Sequence record: DRR723986_1321
Direction: 5' to 3' (one strand)
Length of the DNA stretch: 64,000 bases
Notes under the pieces: generated by a model
Databases searched by the model: none
What the model saw: only the letters and a program-made list of their open reading frames with translations
What the model was told of the DNA's origin: nothing
Translations under genes and position numbers: made by a program
Part shown: one piece after another, positions 18,867 through 28,295 of the stretch
Layout: every line of letters starts with the position of its first letter
Numbering within the stretch: the first letter of the stretch is position 1

Positions 18867-20390
18867 TCATTGGAATTCAAACAGGTTGGTTTTCTCGCCG
18901 GGCGTCACCTTGCCTGTTCGACCTACTGCATCCTCGCCGACCAGTGACTGCAGCAACTCGGGATCCTTGCGGGTATGAGCGACAAACCGTTTGCCGTCGT
19001 CGAGACGACCGACCACCAGCGCGCCGCTGGGAGCACCTTGCTCATAGCGCACGGCGTGCGCCTCGATCACCCCATGACCAGCCGGGCTTGCGTCCAGCTC
19101 CGGGTGCGGCAGAGCGTCCAGTTCCGGCTGCGGGCTAACCCGCCGGGACGGATCCCAGGCTACGCCCGACGCCTCGGTAGAATACACACCGACCGCGTGT
19201 TTGGTGAGATAACCGCCGTTCGCAGTGACCAGACCTGTGCCACGCCGCTCACGCAGGCGGCTGGCCATTTCGGCAATGGCGTGCAGGCTGTAGTTATTGC
19301 CGGGACCACCGAACAGGGTCAGCCCGCCGGTGACAGTCAGCCCCCGCGGGTCATCCACCGCGAGCCCGAGGGCATCACAGGCAACCTGGACCGCCGCCGG
19401 GAAGCAGCTGTAGATATCGAACAGGTCAATCTCGTCGAGGCTCAGCCCGGCCATCGCCAGGGCTTGCGGCCCGATCCGCGCCAGCGCCGGGGAACTGTGG
19501 AAGTCGACCCGCTCGCTCACATAATCCACGTCGTGGGCTTCGGCGCCCCCCCGCAGGTAAACCAGCTGCGACTCCTCGATACCCAGCTCCCGGGCATGGC
19601 CCGCCGTGGTCATCACCACTGCGGCCGCCATGTCGACCGCCAGGATCGAATTCATGACCTTGGTATACGGGTATACGATCATCCGGTTGCCGTCGTCGGT
19701 GCTCAGCACATCCTCCACACTCACCTTGCGTTGGCGCCAGGCGTGGGGATTAGCGGCCGCGACCTCGCTCATCCGGCTGACAATACCGGCGATCAGTGCG
19801 TTGTGGGCAACGCCGTCCAGACCCTTGTGATGGCGCAGCGCGCTCTCGAACAGGGGATAGGTGTTAATCGGTTCAAACAGGCCGTGAGCACGCTCGGTCG
19901 CATAGCTCATGTCCTTGCCCTCACCGAGAATGTCGGCGGTTCGCGCACCCCCGACAGTCCAGCCGGAAATATCCTTACCGCCGCGCAGGGCGTCAAACAG
20001 GGTCGCCAGCAACTCGCTGCCGCAGATCATTACCGCCCGGCACTGCCCCGCTGCGAGGCGGTCGGCAAAGCGATTGACGAAAAACTGCGGCAGGCTACCA
20101 CCGACGTCAGCGCTGTACAGTTGCGCCTTCAGGCCCAGGCGATCTGCCAGCAGCGCGCCGGGGTTGGCCGGCATCAGGCCCGCCATATCCTTCACCTGGC
20201 TGGCGAGGAACGGCACCGTGACCACGGTATCAATCGCAGCGGCCAGGCCGGGAGCACCCGCATCCGCCAGCGCCAGGCGGGCCGCAGCCTCCATCGCGTC
20301 CACCGGGGTGCGCGCGGGATCGCGGTCACGAAAAGTCTCTTGTCCCACGGCCACAAGGACTGGGCTGTTATCGGTCATAAATCCTTCCAT
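18867..20390 (-). CDS. Thiolase-like protein (TLP1-type 'acetyl-CoA acetyltransferase')
   Basis: YPLFESALR, DIYSCFP, TGGLTLFGGPGNNYSLHA and ANGGYLTKH motifs, plus an extra C-terminal domain. Confidence 0.8.
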   Translation of the reverse strand: MEGFMTDNSPVLVAVGQETFRDRDPARTPVDAMEAAARLALADAGAPGLAAAIDTVVTVPFLASQVKDMAGLMPANPGALLADRLGLKAQLYSADVGGSLPQFFVNRFADRLAAGQCRAVMICGSELLATLFDALRGGKDISGWTVGGARTADILGEGKDMSYATERAHGLFEPINTYPLFESALRHHKGLDGVAHNALIAGIVSRMSEVAAANPHAWRQRKVSVEDVLSTDDGNRMIVYPYTKVMNSILAVDMAAAVVMTTAGHARELGIEESQLVYLRGGAEAHDVDYVSERVDFHSSPALARIGPQALAMAGLSLDEIDLFDIYSCFPAAVQVACDALGLAVDDPRGLTVTGGLTLFGGPGNNYSLHAIAEMASRLRERRGTGLVTANGGYLTKHAVGVYSTEASGVAWDPSRRVSPQPELDALPHPELDASPAGHGVIEAHAVRYEQGAPSGALVVGRLDDGKRFVAHTRKDPELLQSLVGEDAVGRTGKVTPGEKTNLFEFQ

Positions 20391-20535
20391 TCTGGTTTAC
20401 CAGGGCGCGCAGAGTGCGCGCGGCGCGGATGCGGCCTCTGCGAGCAAACCCCGGATTCTGTCCAATCGGGCTGCTAAAATCAATTTAACCGGGACCGCAG
20501 GTCCCGCAAACGATCACTGGACGGGAGCATAGGGT

Positions 20536-21519
20536 ATGCGGGCAATGGTGTTTCACGGAACCGGCAAGCCCCTGGCGCTGACGGAGCTACCAGACCCCAG
20601 CCCGGGGCCCGAGCAGGTGCTGATCAAGGTCGGCGCCTGCGGCATCTGCCGCACCGATCTGCACGTCATCGATGCCGACCTCCCGGACCCGGTGCTGCCG
20701 CTGGTACCCGGGCACCAGATCGTCGGCACTATCGAAGCACTGGGTGATGGCGTTACCGGATTCCGCGTGGGCCAGCGCATCGGCGTACCCTGGCTGGGGG
20801 GCAGCTGCGGACACTGCTGGTTCTGCCGGCACGAGCGGGAGAATCTCTGCGACGAGGCGCGCTACACCGGCTACCAGGTCAACGGCGGCTTTGCCGAGTA
20901 CACCGTGGCAGACGCCGGCTACTGTTTCCCGATACCCGAAGGCTACTCCGACCTGCAGGCAGCACCGCTGCTCTGCGCGGGCCTGATCGGCTACCGCTCC
21001 TACCGGCTGGTAGAAGATTGCGACAGCATCGCCCTGTACGGCTTCGGTGCGGCAGCCCACCTGCTAATCCAGGTCGCGCGCTATCGCAAGCAGCGGGTGG
21101 TGGCCTTTACCCGGCCAGGCGACCGGGAGGCGCAGGCCTTTGCCCGCCAGCTGGGCGCTGACTGGGCGGGAGATTCCGGGGACGAACCCCCGGGCCGCAT
21201 TGATGGTGCAATCATCTTCGCGCCCGCCGGCGAACTGGTGCCCGAGGCACTGCGCCGGGTGCGCAAGGGCGGTCGCGTGGTCTGCGCGGGTATTCACATG
21301 ACGCCGATACCGAGTTTTTCCTACGATCTGCTGTGGGGGGAACGGGAGCTGGTGTCGGTAGCCAACCTGACCCGCCGGGATGGTGAGGAATTCCTGCCCC
21401 TGGCAGCCCGGATACCGATCGAGACCACCGTCCACCGCTACCCGCTGGAACAGGCGAACGAGGCGCTGGAGGATCTGCGCAAGGGGCGCTTTACCGGCGC
21501 CGCCGTATTGGTGCCCTGA
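20536..21519 (+). CDS. Zinc-dependent alcohol dehydrogenase (MDR family)
   Basis: GICRTDLH, PGHQIVG, structural Zn CGHCWFC..C and APLLCAG motifs. Confidence 0.92.
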   Translation: MRAMVFHGTGKPLALTELPDPSPGPEQVLIKVGACGICRTDLHVIDADLPDPVLPLVPGHQIVGTIEALGDGVTGFRVGQRIGVPWLGGSCGHCWFCRHERENLCDEARYTGYQVNGGFAEYTVADAGYCFPIPEGYSDLQAAPLLCAGLIGYRSYRLVEDCDSIALYGFGAAAHLLIQVARYRKQRVVAFTRPGDREAQAFARQLGADWAGDSGDEPPGRIDGAIIFAPAGELVPEALRRVRKGGRVVCAGIHMTPIPSFSYDLLWGERELVSVANLTRRDGEEFLPLAARIPIETTVHRYPLEQANEALEDLRKGRFTGAAVLVP

Positions 21520-21542
21520 GCACCGGGGTGCTCAGGGGCGGA

Positions 21543-22256
21543 TCAGAACAGCTCTGCCAGGAAGTTCTGCAGGCTTTGCCATGAACGGCGTTCCGCATCG
21601 GCGTTGTACATGGTGCCCATCACCGGATCGTTGGCCTGCGGGTTGGTGAACGCGTGCTGGGTATTGCCGTAGGCGTGTACCTGCCAGTCAGCACCCGCGG
21701 CACTGAGTTCCGTCGCCAGGGCCAGCAGGCTGTCCGGCTGCGCCATGGGGTCGTCGTAACCGTGCAGACACAGGACCCGCGCGCTGATGGGCTGCGGCGT
21801 GCTGTCACCCGGCGGATTGAACAGGCCATGGAAAGACACCACGCCCAGGACATCGCTGCCGGAGCGCGCCAGGTCCAGCACGCACAAGCCGCCGAAGCAG
21901 TAACCCATGGCGGCCACGCGCCCGGCATCCACTTCCGGCTGCTGCCGCAGCACCTCCACCGCGCGGTTGATCCGCCGCTGCAGCAGGCTGCGGTCCTCCA
22001 CCAGCGGGGTCATCAGCGCCGTGTTCTCCTCCACGCTGCTGCCACGCACGCCCTTGCCATACATATCAATGGCAAAGCCGACATAGCCGAGCTCGGCCAG
22101 GGCGTGCGCCCTGCCCTGTTCAAATTCACCGCGTCCGGCCCAGGTGTGCGAGATGGCTACCGCAGGGGCGGCAGCGACGCTGTCGTCCCAGGCCAGGTAG
22201 CCTTCCAGCACGACCCCGTCACAATCGTATTCGACCAGTCTCGTCTGAATCGCCAT
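21543..22256 (-). CDS. Dienelactone hydrolase family protein
   Basis: GYCFGG nucleophile motif, HGYDDP and HAFTNP. Start MAIQTRL at 22256 after GAGGAG. Confidence 0.9.
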   Translation of the reverse strand: MAIQTRLVEYDCDGVVLEGYLAWDDSVAAAPAVAISHTWAGRGEFEQGRAHALAELGYVGFAIDMYGKGVRGSSVEENTALMTPLVEDRSLLQRRINRAVEVLRQQPEVDAGRVAAMGYCFGGLCVLDLARSGSDVLGVVSFHGLFNPPGDSTPQPISARVLCLHGYDDPMAQPDSLLALATELSAAGADWQVHAYGNTQHAFTNPQANDPVMGTMYNADAERRSWQSLQNFLAELF

Positions 22257-22266
22257 ACCCGTCTCC

Positions 22267-23451
22267 TCAGGCCACTTCGTCCACGCGCTCGATGATCGTG
22301 CCGTTTGCGGTACCACCGCCTTCACAGATCGCCAGCAAGCCATAGCGCTTGCCCGAGCGATGCAGCTCGTGCACCAGGGTGGTCATCAACTTGGCCCCGG
22401 TACCACCCAAGGGATGGCCGAGCGCCTGTGCGCCCCCGTTGACATTCAGCTTCTTCAGGTCCGCCTTGAGCGCCTTGGCCCAGGACAGGGGCACGGAGCC
22501 AAAAGCCTCGTTCACTTCGAACAGGTCGATGTCACCCATGTGCAAACCGGCGCGCTGCAGCACTTTCTCGGTCGCCGGTATCGGGCCCTCGAGCATGATG
22601 ACCGGGTCGGAACCGATCACGCTCATGGCGACAATCCGGGCCAGGGGCTTGAGCCCGAGGCGCTTGCAGGTTTCACCGTTGACAATCATCACCGCGGCGG
22701 CGCCGTCACAGATCTGGGACGCATTTGCCGCGGTCAGCACACCGTCCTCACTCAGCGGCTGCAAGCCCGCTATCGCATCCAGGGTGGCCTCCAGGCGAAT
22801 ACCCTCATCCTGCACGTGCAGCTCACGGCTGCCGTCTTCCAGTTCGATTTCGATCGGCACGATCTCGCGCTCGAAGCGGCCCTCTTCCACGGCACGCTTT
22901 GCCTTCATGTGGCTATCGAGGGCGAATTCATTCAGTTCCTCGCTGGTCAGCTCATATTTCTTGACCAGCATTTCCGCGCCGGCGAACTGGTTGAACTGCA
23001 CGCCGGGATAGCGAGCGGTAATCGTCTCACCGTAAGGCAGGCCGTGGTCGGCCTTGAAGCCGTCAATGATGTTGGCGCCAATCGGCACCTGGCTCATGCT
23101 TTCGACGCCACCGGCGATTACCACGTCCTGGGTGCCGGACAGCACCGCCTGCGCGGCGAAATGCATCGCCTGCTGGCCCGAGCCACACTGGCGATCCACC
23201 GTGGTACCGGGAACCTGCTCCCCGAGCACCGAGGCCAGGCAGACATTGCGGCCGATGTTGCTGGACTGGGCGCCGACCTGCGACACGCAACCCCAGATCA
23301 GGTCGTCGATCTGGTCGACCGCTACACCGGTGCGCTCCACCAGGGCATCCACGACCTTGGCACCAAGATCAATGGGGTGGATTTTGGAAAGGCGTCCGTT
23401 CTTGCGGCCACCGGCGCTGCGCACGGCGCCGACGATGTAAGCATCAGTCAT
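22267..23451 (-). CDS. Acetyl-CoA C-acyltransferase (thiolase)
   Basis: DRQCGSG, EVNEAF, GHPLG and CEGGG catalytic motifs. Confidence 0.93.
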   Translation of the reverse strand: MTDAYIVGAVRSAGGRKNGRLSKIHPIDLGAKVVDALVERTGVAVDQIDDLIWGCVSQVGAQSSNIGRNVCLASVLGEQVPGTTVDRQCGSGQQAMHFAAQAVLSGTQDVVIAGGVESMSQVPIGANIIDGFKADHGLPYGETITARYPGVQFNQFAGAEMLVKKYELTSEELNEFALDSHMKAKRAVEEGRFEREIVPIEIELEDGSRELHVQDEGIRLEATLDAIAGLQPLSEDGVLTAANASQICDGAAAVMIVNGETCKRLGLKPLARIVAMSVIGSDPVIMLEGPIPATEKVLQRAGLHMGDIDLFEVNEAFGSVPLSWAKALKADLKKLNVNGGAQALGHPLGGTGAKLMTTLVHELHRSGKRYGLLAICEGGGTANGTIIERVDEVA

Positions 23452-23551
23452 GGGTCAAATTCTCCTGGCTTGCAGTAACTGGCCGCACCGTGGGTGCGAG
23501 CCGGGGCCGCTAGCCTATTACAAAGCGCCGGGTGGAGAGAACCCCCCCCGT

Positions 23552-25480
23552 TCAGACCCGGCCAGCGGCGCTGCTCGCTGCAGTGCCGGCAACCACCCGC
23601 AGGCTCGGGGTGCCACCCTGCTCATTGAGGCCGTGGATTTCGATGCCGCTGTTGCTGTGGTACAGGTCGAGCAGGAAACCGGCGATCTCGGCGCTAACCC
23701 GCTGCCCTGGAACCAGGACCGGGATGCCCGGCGGATAAGGCACAACCTGGTCCGCACTGATCGCGTCGATCAGAGCCGGGTTGAGGGCGTGCCCCTCCTC
23801 GGTCAGCGGGATATCTTCGGTGGCGCCGAAATAGGCCTTGCGCGGCAGCAGGGCGATGTCGCTCAGTGGCGGCAGCGCCGGCACCCGGCGATAACGGGGG
23901 CGCTTCTCGCTGCGATTGGCCGCCAGCTTCTGCAGCGCATTCACCAGGCGCAGGGCCTTGCTCTGGGTGCTGCCCAGGGTTACCAGCACCGACAGGGTGT
24001 TGTGGGTCACCTTTTCCACCTGGATGCCGTAGTTCTCAAACAACTCCAACTGGATCTCGCGCGCAGTCATTCCCGAGTTCGATACATCGATGCTCAACTT
24101 GGTAGGGTCGAGACGGATGCCGTCATCCGCGAGTTCCGCCGGCAGTATGTCCTCGAGGCGCAGCACGCGGAACGCGCCAGTGGCATCGATGGCCTCACGC
24201 AGCCTGCCGGCCATCTCGATACAGCGCGACAGGCGCTCGAACCCTTCCATGCTCATCTGCTTGCGGGCGACATCGAGGCTGGCAATCATCGCGTACTGCG
24301 GGCTGGTAGAGGTATGCATATTGAGGTTTTCGCGGAAGCGGTGCTCATCGAAGTCACGGTCACCAACGTGGATCATGCTGGCCTGAGAGAACGCGGACAG
24401 CATCTTGTGGGTACTCTGGGTGACGTAGTCGGCGCCGCACTCCAGCGCGTTGGGCCGCAACGCCGGGTGGAAGCGCCCGTGGGCATACCAGGCCTCGTCG
24501 ACCAGCACCTTGATCCCGCGCCGGTGAGCGTGCTCGATAATCGGCGCCAGGTCGTAGTAGAAACCGTCGTAGGTACAGGAGGTCAACACCAGCAGGCGGG
24601 CGTCTGGATGGGCATCGATCGCGGCCAGCACCCGCTCCCGTGGCACCGGGCCGTAGAAGCCATAGGCGGATTTCACGCTGGCCTGCAGGTATACCGGCTC
24701 CACGCCGAACAGGATGACCGCGTGATGAATCGACTTGTGACAGGCCTGGTCGAGGATCAGCTTGCCGCCGTCGCCCAGCAAGTGCTGCACGATGACCTTG
24801 TTGGCCGTGGACGTGCCGTTGGTCACGAAAAATGTGTGCCTGGCGCCGAACGCCCGCGCGGCCAGGTCCTGCGCTTCCTGGATCACGCTGTGGGGTTCGA
24901 GCAGCGAATCCAGCGCCTGTACCGACACCGACAGGTCGGTATTGAAAATATGCTCACCCATCATCCGGTAGAAATCCGCTACCCAGGGGCTGTCGCGCAG
25001 GCTGTCGCCCCCGGAATGCCCGGGCGTGTGCCAGGCATCCTTTGCGCTGTAGACATAGTCCCGCAGGGTGTCGGCAAACGGCGTCCGCGCCCGGCGCTGA
25101 ATCGCACTGCTTAACTGGCGCAGCAGGTGGGTCCACTTCTGCTCCTCACGATCGAGCAGCGCAACGGCCTGCTCGGATGCGGCGTGCTCCCGGGGCACGA
25201 CGAGGAACAAATCCAGCTCGGCGCGCGCCTGGCGCAGTCGCCGCAATAACGCCGAGGCCTCGGGCAGCGACACGCTGTCGATAATCACCGCCTGCAGCAG
25301 GCCATCGCTGAGGCTGCGATCGATGGCCGCCTCGGCGGACTCCAGCGGCAGGAACTGCATGGCGCAGACGCCCTGCCCCGCGGGGTCAGTCGCGGCGGCC
25401 CCGTTGAGGCCGTCGACCCAGCGCGCACGGAACACCGGGTCAGCGCTGACCACGGCGAGATGACTGACAGGTAAGGGCAA
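23552..25480 (-). CDS. Orn/Lys/Arg decarboxylase (fold-type I PLP, with N-terminal wing domain)
   Basis: HTPGHSGG, VTNGTSTAN, CHKSIH, DEAW, TQSTHKML (PLP Lys), STSPQY and PYPPGIPVLVPG. Start uncertain. Confidence 0.88.
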   Translation of the reverse strand: MPLPVSHLAVVSADPVFRARWVDGLNGAAATDPAGQGVCAMQFLPLESAEAAIDRSLSDGLLQAVIIDSVSLPEASALLRRLRQARAELDLFLVVPREHAASEQAVALLDREEQKWTHLLRQLSSAIQRRARTPFADTLRDYVYSAKDAWHTPGHSGGDSLRDSPWVADFYRMMGEHIFNTDLSVSVQALDSLLEPHSVIQEAQDLAARAFGARHTFFVTNGTSTANKVIVQHLLGDGGKLILDQACHKSIHHAVILFGVEPVYLQASVKSAYGFYGPVPRERVLAAIDAHPDARLLVLTSCTYDGFYYDLAPIIEHAHRRGIKVLVDEAWYAHGRFHPALRPNALECGADYVTQSTHKMLSAFSQASMIHVGDRDFDEHRFRENLNMHTSTSPQYAMIASLDVARKQMSMEGFERLSRCIEMAGRLREAIDATGAFRVLRLEDILPAELADDGIRLDPTKLSIDVSNSGMTAREIQLELFENYGIQVEKVTHNTLSVLVTLGSTQSKALRLVNALQKLAANRSEKRPRYRRVPALPPLSDIALLPRKAYFGATEDIPLTEEGHALNPALIDAISADQVVPYPPGIPVLVPGQRVSAEIAGFLLDLYHSNSGIEIHGLNEQGGTPSLRVVAGTAASSAAGRV

Positions 25481-25598
25481 AGCGCGGCTCCGCTAAGGCG
25501 TGATGGCGCCAGTCTAGCGCCCGCTATCGTCAGAATGAATAGCCAAACTGACGGATTGATAGTAGCTTTCCGTTATTTTGACGGAACAGGCCCCGGCC

Positions 25599-26033
25599 AT
25601 GAATGAGCTCGACCCGCTGGACCAGGAACTCGTTGCCCTGCTGCGCGCCAACAGCCGCGCCAGCACCAGCGCGCTCGCCCGCACGCTGGCCGTTTCGAGG
25701 ACCACGGTTCAGGACAGAATCAACCGGCTGGAGCGGCGTGGCGTGATCGAGGGCTACACCATCCGCTTCAACGACAACGTTGCCGGCCGCCAGATTGCCG
25801 CCCACGTGATGATTCAGGTGAACCCGAAACACGGCGCGGCGGTGGTGCAGGCACTGGCTGCCATCGACGCGGTGCGCACCCTGCAGACAGTGAGCGGGGT
25901 CTACGACCTGGTAACCCAGTTGGAGGCGGCGACCACCGAGGCCATGGACGAGGTCCTCGACCGGATCGGGGCGATCACCGGCGTGGAAAAAACCACGACC
26001 TCTATTGTCCTCAGCACCCGGCTGCGGCGGTGA
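25599..26033 (+). CDS. Lrp/AsnC family transcriptional regulator
   Basis: N-terminal HTH (LARTLAVSRTTVQDRINRLERRGVI) and C-terminal RAM domain (VSGVYDL); divergent from the decarboxylase. Confidence 0.92.
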   Translation: MNELDPLDQELVALLRANSRASTSALARTLAVSRTTVQDRINRLERRGVIEGYTIRFNDNVAGRQIAAHVMIQVNPKHGAAVVQALAAIDAVRTLQTVSGVYDLVTQLEAATTEAMDEVLDRIGAITGVEKTTTSIVLSTRLRR

Positions 26034-26039
26034 CCCTGG

Positions 26040-26294
26040 TCAGGCGGTAGCGGCGGCGCGCACTTCCTTCATGTGAAACACCCCGAACAGGAACACGTTA
26101 AACAGGTGGCCACCGAGGGAGCCGCCGGCGCGCTTGAGCTCACCGAAGAACACCACCATTTCCACCACATGCGCGACCACCAGCGCGACCACCAGCCAGA
26201 GGGCAACCTGGGCGGCGGTGGTACCGGGCATCAGGACCAGGATCGCGGCGAGCGCCGCGTACAGGACCAGGCAGGCAATTTTTCCAGCAGACAT
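26040..26294 (-). CDS. Small membrane protein, DUF1145-like
   Basis: 84 aa, hydrophobic, with AHVVEM and VFLFGVFH motifs; ATG after AAGGAG. Confidence 0.6.
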   Translation of the reverse strand: MSAGKIACLVLYAALAAILVLMPGTTAAQVALWLVVALVVAHVVEMVVFFGELKRAGGSLGGHLFNVFLFGVFHMKEVRAAATA

Positions 26295-26322
26295 AACAAT
26301 CGCTCCTTTGCGACGGGTTTGG

Positions 26323-27102
26323 TCAGGGATTAAGACCGGCAGTCTGACTCGCCGGTAATGCGCCACTATAAGCTTCCGGATCAAGCCGGCGCATCTCCGC
26401 CTCGATCCAGATCTCGATATCGCGCATCAACTGTTCCGGATCCTGGCCTGCGGCGTGAATCGGCTCACCTATCGAAACGTCGATTGTTCCGGGGATAAAC
26501 CAGAAAGATCGCCGCGGCCAGCAGCGGCCGGAGGTGACCGCGATAGGGATCACCCAGGCATCGGTGAGGGTCGCCAGGCGGGTCGCGCCGGACTTGTAAC
26601 TGCCCTGCCCGCCGCGTTCTGTTCGGGTGCCCTCGGGAAACATGATGATCCACTTGCCGCCGTCCATGAGCGGACCGCCCAGTTCGGCCACCTTGGCCCA
26701 GGCCTCCTTGCGTCGGCTGCGATCAATCGGGACCATGGCCAGCCGCGCCATGCACCAGCCGAAAATCGGGATACGCAGCAGTTCGCGCTTGAACACATAA
26801 GCCAGGGAATGGGGCGTCATGCTGGGAAAGAAAAACGTCTCCCAGGTGGACTGGTGCTTTGGGCACAGAATCACCCGGCGCATATCTTCCGGTGGCGGCA
26901 GGTTTTCCCGCCCGTGGACCCGGTAATCTACCCCGCCTACCAGCCGGGCCATGGCAATAACCCCCTTTAGCCAGGGGACTGCAAAGGTCCACCATAGCCG
27001 CTCGGCGGATATGAACAGGGAACACAACACCAGCGCGAGACCGACCGGGATGACTGAGATCACCATCCAGCTGAATACCAGCAGGGAGCGCAAGGCGTTC
27101 AA
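26323..27102 (-). CDS. plsC: 1-acyl-sn-glycerol-3-phosphate (lysophospholipid) acyltransferase
   Basis: KHQSTWET, KRELL and FPEGTR motifs. Confidence 0.85.
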   Translation of the reverse strand: MNALRSLLVFSWMVISVIPVGLALVLCSLFISAERLWWTFAVPWLKGVIAMARLVGGVDYRVHGRENLPPPEDMRRVILCPKHQSTWETFFFPSMTPHSLAYVFKRELLRIPIFGWCMARLAMVPIDRSRRKEAWAKVAELGGPLMDGGKWIIMFPEGTRTERGGQGSYKSGATRLATLTDAWVIPIAVTSGRCWPRRSFWFIPGTIDVSIGEPIHAAGQDPEQLMRDIEIWIEAEMRRLDPEAYSGALPASQTAGLNP

Positions 27103-28172
27103 GCAGCCCGCTCCGCCTGGTCCGCCTGCTCTACCGTCTCAAGAAATTCGGCGATGTTGGCGAAGGCCTCTTCCGCCTCCGGCAACTCCGGACTGAAGAT
27201 ATGCCAGACGTGAACCATCCAGGGCCAGGTCTGCAGTTCCACCGGTGAGCCGGCCGCCTGCGCCTTGGTCACATAGCGCCGGGCGTCATCCAGCAGCATC
27301 TCCGCCTCGCTGGCATGCACCAACACCGGCGGCAGGCCGGCGAGGTCGCCGCGCAAGGGAGAAACTCGCGGATCACTGGGCGGCAGGCGATTGGACAGCC
27401 AGTTGGTCCACCACAGGACAATAGGCGGCAGCTGCAGCAACTTGCCGAAACCCGGGCCCAGCATGGGGTCGGTGGCGATATTGCCGCGCAGGCTCGGCGC
27501 CGTCATGGTCACATCCGTCGACGGTGACAGGGCCACCGCCGCATCCGCAGGGCGCAGACCCTGATCGCGAGCCCAGGCAATCGTCACCAGGGTGAGACTG
27601 CCGCCGGCAGAGTCGCCACTGACCAGCAGGAAATCCAGCTCCCCGGGGCCATCGGGGCCGTTGCCCAGGATCCAGCGGTAGGCGTTCTGGCAGTCGACAA
27701 TCCCGTCCAGCCGCCGGTTCTCCGGCATCAGCCGATAGTCCAGGGAAAACACCGCGGCATTGGCGAGCCGGGAAAGCCGGTCAGTAATCACCCGGTGACT
27801 GAGCGGGCTACCCGCGAACCACGCACCGCCGTGGATGTACAGTACCCTGCGCCGCGGGTCGACGCCCGGTGCAAGCACCCATTCGCCGCGTATGCTGCCC
27901 TGGTCAACCCGGCGAAACTCACTGGCATAAGACTTGTCCTCGCCCATGGAATCCATCAAGTCGCGAATCGCCCGAATTCGATCACCGCGCTTTTGCGACT
28001 GACCGGCGGCGGCAAACTCCTGCATGGCTGCCACCACCTCGTAATGGCCGTCGCTGGGCTGACCCACCGGCCGCGGCAGGACATTGGAGTCGAGATAGGT
28101 GAGGTTCTCGCCCCGCAGGTAAAGCAGGCTGAACAGGACCAGAACAATAACGGCGAACAGGAGCCAGGCCAT
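27099..28172 (-). CDS. HSL-family alpha/beta hydrolase (esterase/lipase), N-terminally membrane-anchored
   Basis: HGGAW oxyanion motif, GDSAGG nucleophile, HVWH; hydrophobic N-terminus. Confidence 0.9.
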   Translation of the reverse strand: MAWLLFAVIVLVLFSLLYLRGENLTYLDSNVLPRPVGQPSDGHYEVVAAMQEFAAAGQSQKRGDRIRAIRDLMDSMGEDKSYASEFRRVDQGSIRGEWVLAPGVDPRRRVLYIHGGAWFAGSPLSHRVITDRLSRLANAAVFSLDYRLMPENRRLDGIVDCQNAYRWILGNGPDGPGELDFLLVSGDSAGGSLTLVTIAWARDQGLRPADAAVALSPSTDVTMTAPSLRGNIATDPMLGPGFGKLLQLPPIVLWWTNWLSNRLPPSDPRVSPLRGDLAGLPPVLVHASEAEMLLDDARRYVTKAQAAGSPVELQTWPWMVHVWHIFSPELPEAEEAFANIAEFLETVEQADQAERAA

Positions 28173-28295
28173 GGAGCAATATCCGGTTGCAAGGAACCGG
28201 CATTAAACCAGACTCCCCCTGCCGGACGAAACCCCGGGCTGACGCGGACGGTCGTTCCGACTATCCTTCTGCACACACAATCAGGGAGCAGGTTC

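Noticed and set aside
27795-28295. Extended N-termini in the ORF track (27795, 28999, 40344, 41228, 22343, 31109)
   Set aside because: They overlap neighbouring genes or promoter regions; downstream starts fit the family N-termini better, several with a visible RBS.
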